Assembly (NCBI GenBank): GCA_048498995.1
Contig: JBEHWX010000005.1
Location: 12,758-76,757, forward strand
Length of the DNA: 64,000 bases
From: Bacteroidota bacterium
GTDB lineage: Bacteria > Bacteroidota > Ignavibacteria > OLB7
Direction of reading: 5' to 3'
Shown one piece after another: positions 24,301 to 32,342 of the stretch (position 1 is its first letter; each line of letters begins with the position of its first letter). The notes below the pieces were generated by a model, which worked only from the letters and a program-made list of their open reading frames with translations, did no database searches and had not been told where the DNA came from. Position numbers and translations under genes: made by a program.

Positions 24301-24740
24301 CCGACTACAAGACCGGGCACGCTCCGAGCGCGGAGGATGTCCGTCGGGGATTGAGCCTGCAGCTGATGATCTATCTGGAGGCGGTGCGGCAGATCCTCGC
24401 CACGCACTTCGCGCTTCCACTCCTCGACGTCAGGCCGGTCGGCGGGATCTACTACCAGCTCAAGCCGAGGGAGTCGGATATCGACGTCTCCTATCTCTTC
24501 GTGCCGAACGAGGTCCGGAAGAGCGTCGTGCACATGAACAGGTCATCCAGCGCGCCGGAGACGATCGAGGAGCTTGAGGAGGTAGTGGCGCTCGCGTTCG
24601 AGTTCGCCCGCGATTACGTTGAGGGGATCTCCACCGGGCAGTTCCCGACCACGCGCCACGATCTTGACGTGGCCTGCCGGGGATGCGATTATCGGGGATC
24701 GTGCAGGATCGTGGAGGGGGGAGGCGCGGCGCGGCGCTGA
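21306..24740 (+). CDS. AddB/RexB-like PD-(D/E)XK nuclease family protein with Fe-S cysteines, 1,144 aa
   Basis: TTG start. The N-terminal helicase-like region lacks a Walker A motif (YIFVVPTYRMQRDL). The C-terminal RecB-type nuclease has YGRCPFKYFARRIL, VDRIEL..FAVADYKTG and CRGCDYRGSC (C..CxxCx5C). Confidence 0.75.
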   Translation: MAQLLYNLLDPEAVLLDFNETALGAARRSELDRYIFVVPTYRMQRDLDLKLTRAHHEATGRPIERLHLYTMEGLARRLFAGVGPGRRDISGELQRALTRLAMENADLRFFARPDRPPSPGVVERIARIIAGIRADGMLPARLLEDIRYAESHPDAAGYDVGKLHDLHAIYDEYLRLLDSYWIDSPGRMLQVNAALLEDHDEVFRRVFPSATHLLVCGYTELSQPELMLLEGLGHVADLRVSIYFDYASENGPLYGNFDESIERLKNAGYDRFDLDPLDDGVAEEERRPFKHHMRRNLFRTDQRIANPAFDELINVYGFHGRDEEAEGIAALIKWRVIEEGIAPERICVAASDIEPYAPLLRTHMAEYGIPCIAATHFPLAESPLITAIFAALTIPVSGFARRDVIRAVTSPYLSFGAEIDPAALTAAAAQLRITRGRESWRRRIGQKIELVEGYMLRLTDEEERRVQAEELDLLRRAGRGFDHLAHRLEGLERELSAAEFRQTVHGFVARMRVAENILALRRSLDARPRAPLEWQRVHDGIEQDTRALARFLELVDELAEFFEVKDDLARGDQTRERRPLEFYLDHLRTAAARARFEIREKQGFGVSILPIHQLRGLQFDVVILCGMVDGEFPGTYIPEIFLGRPLPRAEERRMRRERIEFYQAITSFSRSLVLTYPRFAGERALVRSSFVDAFLRITTVEERGRVVELDELRAVRARIRDEGSATPHTAFVAMIGSPNALAEEAGEALWSGAEVPRFDDPSGIIEHLRFTAAIEQGRHRAELGADTAAVPEYRGIIGAALAPEERAELEEYRGREYSVSQLELYGRCPFKYFARRILAANAPTSFDVSLTPLERGTLLHRVLFRLYVELREHDELPVTEITRGAALARARALAREEIAGIVFDHPYWRIDQERLLGSDQVDGLLEQWIEYEATRRSDKSELAPAFFETGFGSSTVRGGTSDPLLTSDARMPLHGIAVRGKVDRIELFYHGDILYFAVADYKTGHAPSAEDVRRGLSLQLMIYLEAVRQILATHFALPLLDVRPVGGIYYQLKPRESDIDVSYLFVPNEVRKSVVHMNRSSSAPETIEELEEVVALAFEFARDYVEGISTGQFPTTRHDLDVACRGCDYRGSCRIVEGGGAARR

Positions 24741-24780
24741 GAGATTTTGCCGGCGGGCGAAGCGCGCGCCGGTCGCGCGG

Positions 24781-25479
24781 TCAGTTGTTCAGATACGGGA
24801 TCGGGTCGACCGCCCCGGCCTTGGCGAAGCCGCGGAGCCTGAGGGCGCAGCTGTCGCACTCGCCGCAGGCGACATCTTCCCGTTTGTAGCAGGACCACGT
24901 GAGCTCGAAGGGGGCGCTCAGCCTGATTCCCTCGGCCACGATCTCCCCCTTGCTCAGATGGATCACCGGCGTCGCGATCGAAATGGTGGTCTCGGGACGG
25001 GTGCCGAGATCGGCCACGCGCTGGAACGCCTGATAGAACACCTCGCGGCAGTCGGGATATCCGCTCGAATCCTCCTCGACCGCGCCGATGGCAACCACCC
25101 CCGCTCCTATCACTTCCGCCCAGCTCACGGCAATCGCCAGAATGTTCGCGTTCCTGAACGGGACGTAGCTGGTCGGCACCTCGCGTGCGTCGAGATCGGC
25201 CGGCGTCACCTCGATCCGCTCGTCGGTGAGGCTGGAGCCGCCGATGGCCGCCAGGTGTCGGATGTCGACCACGAGCCGGCGCTCGACCTCGAAGCGGTCG
25301 GCCAGCGCATGGAAGCAGGCCAGCTCCTTCCGCTCGGTCCGCTGCCCGTAGTTGGTGTGGAGCGCGTTCAGACGGTATCCCTCCGCGTGGAGCTTCGCGG
25401 CCACGACGCAGCTGTCCATGCCGCCGCTCAGGAGAACGACGGCGCGCTTCGGATCGGATGGCTGTACCGGAGATGTCAC
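24781..25479 (-). CDS. queC: 7-cyano-7-deazaguanine synthase
   Basis: [12 protein letters not shown] (PP-loop), [13 protein letters not shown], and the zinc cysteines [23 protein letters not shown]. Confidence 0.92.
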   Translation of the reverse strand: MTSPVQPSDPKRAVVLLSGGMDSCVVAAKLHAEGYRLNALHTNYGQRTERKELACFHALADRFEVERRLVVDIRHLAAIGGSSLTDERIEVTPADLDAREVPTSYVPFRNANILAIAVSWAEVIGAGVVAIGAVEEDSSGYPDCREVFYQAFQRVADLGTRPETTISIATPVIHLSKGEIVAEGIRLSAPFELTWSCYKREDVACGECDSCALRLRGFAKAGAVDPIPYLNN

Positions 25480-25553
25480 GTCGGGATCGGGTTCGATATC
25501 GTTGCTGAAGGGCGCCGCGGTCGATCAGTCGGCGCCGCGGGATGGGAGCCGGC

Positions 25554-25997
25554 TCACTGCCGCAGCGCGCGGGCACGCTCGGCGTAGGTCTTTTCGGTTT
25601 CGGAGACCCGCACGGTCAGGGTGAGAAGATTCGGATACTCGCTCAGCCTGGCCGAGATCTCATCGAGAAACCACCCGGCGAGGTTCTCGGCGGTGGTTCT
25701 GAAGGGGACCACGACATGTTTCAGCGGGTTGGCCGCGAAGAAGTCCAGCATCTGCCGGTCCTGGTCGTCGCAGAGGAAGGAGTGGTCGATCCTTTCGATG
25801 ATCGGATCGACAATCATCTTCAGGTCGAAGTAATCGAGCACCATCCCGTTGGCGTCGAGGCTTCCCTCGATCACCACCCGCATCTGATAGGAGTGTCCGT
25901 GGATATTCTGGCAGCCGCCGCCGTGAAACGGGAGGCGATGCCCCATCTCCCAGCGGAAATCCTTGGCAATCGTGGTCGTCTGTCGCGCTTCGCTCAT
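25554..25997 (-). CDS. queD: 6-carboxy-5,6,7,8-tetrahydropterin synthase
   Basis: PTPS family: FRWEMGHRLPFHGGGCQNIHGHSYQMRVVIEG..MVLDYFDLK. ATGA overlap with the queF stop. Confidence 0.9.
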   Translation of the reverse strand: MSEARQTTTIAKDFRWEMGHRLPFHGGGCQNIHGHSYQMRVVIEGSLDANGMVLDYFDLKMIVDPIIERIDHSFLCDDQDRQMLDFFAANPLKHVVVPFRTTAENLAGWFLDEISARLSEYPNLLTLTVRVSETEKTYAERARALRQ

Positions 25998-26569
25998 CTC
26001 TTCTTCGATTTCTTGGCTCCCTTCTTCTCCCCCTTCTTCCCCTTTGCCGGAGCTTCCAGAGGCATATCCATGCTGATACGGTCCAGCATTCCCTCGATCA
26101 CATCGGGATCGGTCTCGTTGGCGGCAACCTGTGCCACCTGCTCGATGTTCGCGCTCGCCTGCTGCTGAACCGCCTCGAGCGACGGCGTGGTTGCCTGCTC
26201 GCGCCCTTCGGCGCTGGCGGGTGCTCCGGCGCCGGCGCCGAGCTCCACCACCACGGTCGAATGAAGTCCGCCACGAGTCGTGAACGCGCCGGTCACCTTC
26301 ATCGCGCGGGGCGAGAGAAGGGCATTCAGATCGTCGAAGATCTGATTGACGACGGCCTCGTAGAAGATTCCGCGGTTGCGGAAGTCGAGGTAGTAGTACT
26401 TCAGCGACTTGAGCTCCACGCAGAGCTGGTCGGGAACATACTCCAGGGTGATCGTGCCGAAGTCCGGAAGCCCGGTCATCGGGCAGACGGAGGTGAACTC
26501 CGGATTGACGTGCGTGATCGTGTAGTTCCGGTCACGCCGCGGATTGTCGAAGACTTCCAACTGCGCCAT
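25994..26569 (-). CDS. queF: NADPH-dependent 7-cyano-7-deazaguanine reductase (unimodular) with an ~80-aa C-terminal extension
   Basis: FTSVCPMTGLPDFGTI (catalytic Cys) and the VELKSLKYYYLDFRN motif. The core ends near aa 110. It is followed by an Ala/Gly/Gln-rich segment and a Lys-rich tail (KGKKGEKKGAKKSKKR). Confidence 0.88.
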   Translation of the reverse strand: MAQLEVFDNPRRDRNYTITHVNPEFTSVCPMTGLPDFGTITLEYVPDQLCVELKSLKYYYLDFRNRGIFYEAVVNQIFDDLNALLSPRAMKVTGAFTTRGGLHSTVVVELGAGAGAPASAEGREQATTPSLEAVQQQASANIEQVAQVAANETDPDVIEGMLDRISMDMPLEAPAKGKKGEKKGAKKSKKR

Positions 26570-26702
26570 AGAGAGCTCGACGGATGTTATGAATGATAGT
26601 CCGATCTGTAGTCACCTGCACGATCACAAGAATAGGCCATCGGAGTCCCCGTTTCCGTGACGATTGGTGTATCGCACCCGCCGTCCGGATCGTCCGCCGG
26701 CC

Positions 26703-27371
26703 TTATTCCGCGTCGGTATCGGCGCCGCGCTCCGCGAGAAGTCTGCGCGCCTGCTCGATGATCACCCGTGGATAGAGCCGGTGCTCGACGGCCAGCACCC
26801 GCTCGGCGAGCGTCTCCGGCGTATCGTCGATCAGCACCGGCACCCGCTCCTGCGCCACCACCGCGCCGGTATCGTACTCGGGATCGACCAGGTGGACGGT
26901 GGCGCCGCTCTCGCGTCGCCCGGCGCTGATGACCGCGGTATGGACGTTCGGCCCGTACATGCCGTGCCCGCCGAAATCCGGCAGGAGCGCCGGATGGATG
27001 TTGAAGATCCGTCCGCGGAACTCCATCACCACCCGCTTCGGCACCAGCCGCATATATCCGGCCAGCGCGATCATGTCGACGCGCCGGTCGTGGAGAAGGT
27101 CGAAGAGCGCCGTCTCGTATGCCTCGTCGGAGTCGAAGGCACGCGGGGTAAGCTGTCGGGTTTCGATCCCCTGCTCGCGCGCGTACTCGAACGCGCCCGG
27201 CTCGCGGTTGTTGCTCAGGCAGAGGACGATCTCGGCCGGCGGATTCTCCATCGCCGCGAGCGCCTCGTGAATCGCGCGGAAGTTCGAGCCGCGTCCGGAG
27301 GCGAAGACGGCGATACGCGCCTTCTTCCCCTGTTCGTCGCCGCTGCGTGTCGTTCGGTCGGCTCTCTGCAT
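26703..27371 (-). CDS. purN: Phosphoribosylglycinamide formyltransferase
   Basis: RIAVFASGRGSNFRAI, MIALAGYMRLV, IFNIHPALLPDFGG, GATVHLVD.EYDTGAV. I prefer the ATG at 27371 (MQRADR..) over the track start at 27485. Confidence 0.9.
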   Translation of the reverse strand: MQRADRTTRSGDEQGKKARIAVFASGRGSNFRAIHEALAAMENPPAEIVLCLSNNREPGAFEYAREQGIETRQLTPRAFDSDEAYETALFDLLHDRRVDMIALAGYMRLVPKRVVMEFRGRIFNIHPALLPDFGGHGMYGPNVHTAVISAGRRESGATVHLVDPEYDTGAVVAQERVPVLIDDTPETLAERVLAVEHRLYPRVIIEQARRLLAERGADTDAE

Positions 27372-27549
27372 CGTCGCCTGTCGGATCGTTGAGACGTTCG
27401 GAGGGAGAGCGCCTCGGCATGCGGACCATTCCGGCGCGGAGGCGCGGGAGGGCCGACCGCGGGCGCATCGATCGGAGGGGCACAAAATACGAAGCCCCTC
27501 CGAACATGCGAGTTCGGAGGGGCTTCGAGCGTCGTCGTTGCGCGATCGC

Positions 27550-30500
27550 TTAGTGGCGGGTAACCGTCATCTTGCGAGCGAGCGTGAAGCCGTTGCCGAC
27601 CAGCTTGTAGACATAGGCGCCGTTGGCAACCTGGACACCGTCGTTGTCGTTGCCGTCCCAGACAACGGTGTTCTTGTCACCGGCCTTCGCGTCGACCGAG
27701 ATCGAGCGAACAACCTTGCCGTACATGTCGACGATCTGGAGCTGAACCTGACCATCCTCGACGACATTGAAGCCGATCGTGGTCTGGCCATTGACCGGGT
27801 TCGGCGTGTTCTGGTCGAGGCTGTTGCCAGCCATGCCAGCCACGGCGCCCATCAGGCGACCCTCACGAACACCGCTGTAGGTCACGGCGCCGTCGAAGTC
27901 GACCTGCTTCAGGCGATACTGGTAGGTCGTGTTGGAGACGACCTTCGTGTCGGTGTAGCCGTAGGCGTGGACCTGGTTGGAGGTACCGGCACCCTTGACG
28001 AACTCGACAGCGCTCCAGCTGTCCTCACCCTTGACGCGGCGCTCCACCTGGAAGCCGCTGTTGTTCATCTCCGAAGCCGTGCTCCAGTCGAGGCGCAGGG
28101 CCGTGGCGAGCGGCTTGACCTCGAACGAGGCCAGCTCAACCGGCTCGACAGCGCAAGCCTTGCTCTCCTTGACACCGAAGTACGGACGGATCATCGGGAT
28201 CCACGAGCCACGGGTGTACGTCGACACCGGCAGCGGCGGAACGTCACCACGGTAGTTCAGGTGCGGGAAGCCCGGGTTGCCGACGATGTTGATCATCGGG
28301 AACCAGGTGTTCGAACCGGCCGTCTGCTCGTAGAAGAAGAGCGGCTGGCGGAACTCCGGATGAGCGGCGATCGAGTAGTTGCCGATGCCCGGAGGCGGAC
28401 CGGCCGAGACGATCGTCGTCACCTGACCCATGCGGCTGGCGTCGCCACCGAGCTCCAGACCGGTCTGACCGAGCTGCGAAACGGTGACGAAGTACAGACC
28501 CGGATCGACGACCAGGGCGGTGTCGAGCATGTAGGTCACGAACTGGTCGTAGTTGAACTGCTTCGAGCTCTGGCGCTGCGGGATGCCCTCGCCACGACGC
28601 GCGGTCGTGACGGTCGAGGCGATCTGGCCCTGAGAGTTCGGGGCCTGACCCACGGTGGCCGAAGCCGGCTGCTTGTAGATCGAGTACTGGACGTAATCCG
28701 GCGACGAGTTGGCGGCCGCGAAGTAGGCCTGGAAGCCGCGGATCGTGTCGCGCGTCAGGATGCGGAACTGCATCGAGAACGAACCGGAGGTGCTACCACC
28801 GTTCGGGCCGTACGGCTCGGCGCCGTTGCCGTCCTGGTTGGTCGCCGGGGTCAGGTTCAGACCCTTGCCGTTGATGCCGGCGAAGCCGCCGACGTCGTTC
28901 GTACCGTCGTCATAGGCGAACGTCGGTCCGATCGTGAGCGTGAAGTCCGTGTAGGTCTTGTCGTTCGCGTTGTACGTGTCGTATCCGGCCGGGAGGATCT
29001 GGGCATAGATACGATAGTGCGTCTGCACCGTATCCGGGCCACCAGCCTGCGGCTTGAAGTCGACACCGCACTCCTGAGCGTTCCACTCCGGGAAGGTGTA
29101 CATCCGGTCGCCACCAGCCGGCAGCGAGAGGATCGTCTGATAACGATAGTAGTTGTACAGTCCCGGCGGGTTCGGCGCATCGAGGTTGTCGATGTACATC
29201 GCCAGACCGAAGGCCGTGGCGGCCGTCGATCCGTTGTTGGCGATCTTCGCCCAGAGCGGGATCTGACGGGCCTGCGAGGCCGGAGCCTGCGTGTACGGCC
29301 AGTTGTAGCCGACCGTCGTCACCTCGACCTCGGGCTTATCCGGCTCGAGAAGCATCACGTTGTCGACATAGAAGATATCGCCGTCGTCCGAGGGCGGGCC
29401 CGTCGGGTTGCCGTCGTTCTTCATCTCGCCGCGGATGCGGAAGCGGAAGGTCTTGCTGGCGTTCAGAGCCGAATACCAGCGGGCCGGGATCGGAATGTAG
29501 GCGCGGTAGAACTCGAAGTCCTTGCCGGCGTCGAACTCGTCGACGAGCACCTTACCGGTGGTCTCGGAAACCGAGTGCACACCGCTCTGGTCGTTGACGA
29601 TGATCGTGCCGCCGCCGCCGCCGCCGAAGACACCCCAGCGCGGCGAGTTCGCCGTGGAGCCGTAGGTGATCGTGCCGTTCTTGTCGTTGAAGTTGTTGTC
29701 GCGCCACTTCTGAACGTTCGTGACGTTGTCGATGCCGTTCGGGCTCGGCTCGGCGAACTCGACCACCAGCTGATCCGGCGTGCCGCCCGGGGCGAACGCG
29801 GTCTTCAGCGTGTTGTAGGTCGCATGCTCCGGACCGTAGCGCTGCTGATCGCTCCATCCACGCGGATACTGCGCGGCGTTGTTGATCAGGATCTTGCCGG
29901 CGCGCTCGTAGGAGAGGATCAGCACCGGGGCCTTCTGCACCTTGCTCAGGTTGATCGGGAAGGAGATGAGCGTGTCACCACCCTTGACGCCCGGAAGGTC
30001 GCGGTTGTAGTAGGAGCCACCGATGTCGCGGCGGTCGATCTCGGCCACCGGCGAGCTGATGCCGTTCGGCGTCTGCCCTCTCGGCGGCGGCGGGTTGTAC
30101 GTCAGCTGGTCGCCGTCGACCACCCTGGTGCCGATCGAGACCCAACGACGGACCGACGGAATGATGCCGTCTTCCTGCGAGTTGTCGTAGTCGTCGAAGG
30201 TGCTGATGAACGGCAGCTCCTGACGATTGATGCCGAACATGCGGATACCGACGGTGTCGTCGAACGGCCACTGCTGACCGTAGTTCTGACCGGTCGGACC
30301 CTGGTCGGTCGCGATGATCTCCGCCTTGAAGCGGCCAACCTGCTTCTGCAGGGTGCTGAACGTCGCGTACGGCTCGAAGACGATCGTGTCGATCGAGTTC
30401 CGGTCGTTGCCGATCTGGGCATACGACACGCGGATCGGCGGAAGCGACTTCGTGGTGCTGCTCCGCTGGTACACCGGCTGGGTCGAGATGTTGACCAGGT

Positions 30501-31923
30501 CACGGATGCGGAACACGACGTTGAAGCGAACCGGCTGCGGCGTGACGTTCACCGGTCCGATCGAGTCGGAGACGTTCTGAACGATACCGACCGGGCGGAT
30601 CGAGCCGAGGATCGGGTCACCGAGCAGAAGCTCGAAGTTGTCGGCGGCCTGCCCCTTCGGCAGATCCTCCCACTTGCCCGACTGCGTGCGGCTCGGGACC
30701 TGGAAGGTCACCTGCTTCACGCGGACGATGTTGCGCCACTGCTTGAACTTGATGCCCAGCAGCTGGTGCGGCGTCTTGGCGCGGTCGCCGTTGACGTAGA
30801 CGTCACCGCTCTCCGGCGGAACGCCGTCGGCGCTGAACATATAGTTCGTGTACTCGTAATCATGGCTCTGAATGCCGATGGTGGCATTCGAACGATACAT
30901 GATGTTCGACGGGAAGCTGAAGATTCCCTGGCTCGGATCGGTGTAGATACCCTTGAAGTAGCGGTAGTTGTACTCGATCGAGCTGTCCGCCTGATTCAGC
31001 ACCACCTGGAAGTCGGCGCGGATCTGACGGTTCGCGACGCGCGCGCGGATGCCGAGGATCGGAATGTTCTTGATCCCCTTCATCGAGATGTCGGCGAAGT
31101 AGATGATGATACGGTCGCCGGTCGGCGCGATACGCCAGTAGACGCGACCGAAGTCATCCGGAACCAGCCTGGTCGAGTCGAACTGCGAAAGCTCCTGATC
31201 GTCCCAGAGCGGCGCCAGCGTCGAATGCAGGCCCGTGTTCGGGAACGCGGTGTTCGAGCCGTTGAGCAGACCGGAGGTCGCCGTGGTGCCGCCGCCGAGC
31301 GCCACGAACTTGTAGCCGTAGTCGTCGGGGAAGGTATCGGCCACCGCGCCACCCGAATGCACCGGGCGGGGGTCGTCACGGAACGGATTGTAGTCGATGC
31401 GGTTGCCGTTCGCGTCGTACTGGAAACGACGGCTCGCCAACCCCACCAGACCGTTGGTCGACACGTAGAACGAGTCGTACCGACGACCATAGTAGAAGAA
31501 TCCGTTCGGGATCGAGATCGGGCCGGCAATCGCGTTGTCGGTCGAGTCGGAGTTGAACGGATTGCGGAAGTACTCGAGGCCGAACGTGCCGTTGGCCGGA
31601 TTGGTCCAGTAGTTGGCCGGACGCTGGTTCGGGCCGGAGACGATCCTGCGCCAGCTGGTCGACTCGCTGCCGGTCGTATCCAGGAAGGAGTAGGTCGCCG
31701 CCCACGGAGATCCGATCTGCGGCTGGTCGTTGTCGGCGACGTAGTAGCCGGTCGCCAACGGCGCCTTGGCCACCGGACCCCCTGGGTAGGATCCTAATGC
31801 GTCGTCACTTCGACGGAGAGTCTTGCTCCCATCGTCATCCCCTCCGCCTGCAAAGGCGGCCGCAGTCGGCAGGATGAGCGCGGTCGCGTAGAGAAGCAAT
31901 AGTAGTCTTCTCATCGATTGCAC
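27550..31923 (-). CDS. Large secreted protein with a T9SS C-terminal sorting domain, 1,457 aa
   Basis: Signal peptide MQSMRRLLLLLYATALILPTAAAFA. N-terminal module ..AIAGPISIPNGFFYYGRRYDSFYVSTNGLVGL..LAPLWDD. A penultimate domain reads LASFEVKP..LDWSTASEMNNSGFQVERR..YQYRLKQVDFDGAVTYS. The T9SS CTD reads NTPNPVNGQTTIGF..LQIVDMYGKVV..GAYVYKL..KMTVTRH. Confidence 0.85.
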   Translation of the reverse strand: MQSMRRLLLLLYATALILPTAAAFAGGGDDDGSKTLRRSDDALGSYPGGPVAKAPLATGYYVADNDQPQIGSPWAATYSFLDTTGSESTSWRRIVSGPNQRPANYWTNPANGTFGLEYFRNPFNSDSTDNAIAGPISIPNGFFYYGRRYDSFYVSTNGLVGLASRRFQYDANGNRIDYNPFRDDPRPVHSGGAVADTFPDDYGYKFVALGGGTTATSGLLNGSNTAFPNTGLHSTLAPLWDDQELSQFDSTRLVPDDFGRVYWRIAPTGDRIIIYFADISMKGIKNIPILGIRARVANRQIRADFQVVLNQADSSIEYNYRYFKGIYTDPSQGIFSFPSNIMYRSNATIGIQSHDYEYTNYMFSADGVPPESGDVYVNGDRAKTPHQLLGIKFKQWRNIVRVKQVTFQVPSRTQSGKWEDLPKGQAADNFELLLGDPILGSIRPVGIVQNVSDSIGPVNVTPQPVRFNVVFRIRDLVNISTQPVYQRSSTTKSLPPIRVSYAQIGNDRNSIDTIVFEPYATFSTLQKQVGRFKAEIIATDQGPTGQNYGQQWPFDDTVGIRMFGINRQELPFISTFDDYDNSQEDGIIPSVRRWVSIGTRVVDGDQLTYNPPPPRGQTPNGISSPVAEIDRRDIGGSYYNRDLPGVKGGDTLISFPINLSKVQKAPVLILSYERAGKILINNAAQYPRGWSDQQRYGPEHATYNTLKTAFAPGGTPDQLVVEFAEPSPNGIDNVTNVQKWRDNNFNDKNGTITYGSTANSPRWGVFGGGGGGTIIVNDQSGVHSVSETTGKVLVDEFDAGKDFEFYRAYIPIPARWYSALNASKTFRFRIRGEMKNDGNPTGPPSDDGDIFYVDNVMLLEPDKPEVEVTTVGYNWPYTQAPASQARQIPLWAKIANNGSTAATAFGLAMYIDNLDAPNPPGLYNYYRYQTILSLPAGGDRMYTFPEWNAQECGVDFKPQAGGPDTVQTHYRIYAQILPAGYDTYNANDKTYTDFTLTIGPTFAYDDGTNDVGGFAGINGKGLNLTPATNQDGNGAEPYGPNGGSTSGSFSMQFRILTRDTIRGFQAYFAAANSSPDYVQYSIYKQPASATVGQAPNSQGQIASTVTTARRGEGIPQRQSSKQFNYDQFVTYMLDTALVVDPGLYFVTVSQLGQTGLELGGDASRMGQVTTIVSAGPPPGIGNYSIAAHPEFRQPLFFYEQTAGSNTWFPMINIVGNPGFPHLNYRGDVPPLPVSTYTRGSWIPMIRPYFGVKESKACAVEPVELASFEVKPLATALRLDWSTASEMNNSGFQVERRVKGEDSWSAVEFVKGAGTSNQVHAYGYTDTKVVSNTTYQYRLKQVDFDGAVTYSGVREGRLMGAVAGMAGNSLDQNTPNPVNGQTTIGFNVVEDGQVQLQIVDMYGKVVRSISVDAKAGDKNTVVWDGNDNDGVQVANGAYVYKLVGNGFTLARKMTVTRH

Positions 31924-32259
31924 TCCTGTAGAAAGTGTGATTTGAGGTAATACGGAACGTTGCTATTGAGAGAATTGCCTGTGTCGATCGTCAGCTATCA
32001 GAACAGCACCCGGGGTAGACGCCGGGATTCCGACCGGGCCGAGGGCCCCTCTTGCCGGAAGTGGCGCGCCCGGAAAGGGCGAGCGATGCGAAGAGTTTCG
32101 GACTGGCACACGTAGAGCGTGGGAGAATCGTTAAATCCTGTTTAAAAGTCAAGAAGTATTTCGCGATTCATATCCCGCTGCATCGTCGCTCGAAGGACTA
32201 ACACACCATCTTTTGGTTTTGTTAGCGGTCGGAAGAGAAAAATTTTGAGGAAGACAGGC

Positions 32260-32301
32260 GAGCGGGCCGCACCCCCGGATACCCGGAGTCACGGCCCGCT
32301 C
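32260..32301 (-). terminator. Putative terminator hairpin after the 32343 gene
   Basis: gagcgggccg..(22 nt)..cggcccgctc forms a 10-bp stem ~40 nt past the stop. A T-rich run (caaaattttt) lies ~15 nt further on the minus strand. Confidence 0.4.
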
Positions 32302-32342
32302 TCCCGTTGTTCACCCCCCTATCAGGGAAGATGACGAATCGA

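Noticed and set aside
21102-24533. Upstream two-thirds of the 2,095-aa minus-strand ORF (18246..24533)
   Set aside because: It is antisense to the AddB-like gene, which has clear nuclease and Fe-S motifs. The minus-strand translation there is Arg/Gly/Glu-rich and featureless. The real minus-strand gene starts at the signal peptide Met at 21101.
27538-31797. 1,419-aa plus-strand ORF
   Set aside because: Shadow ORF antisense to the T9SS protein gene; the composition is Arg/Val/Asp-rich and I recognise no motifs.
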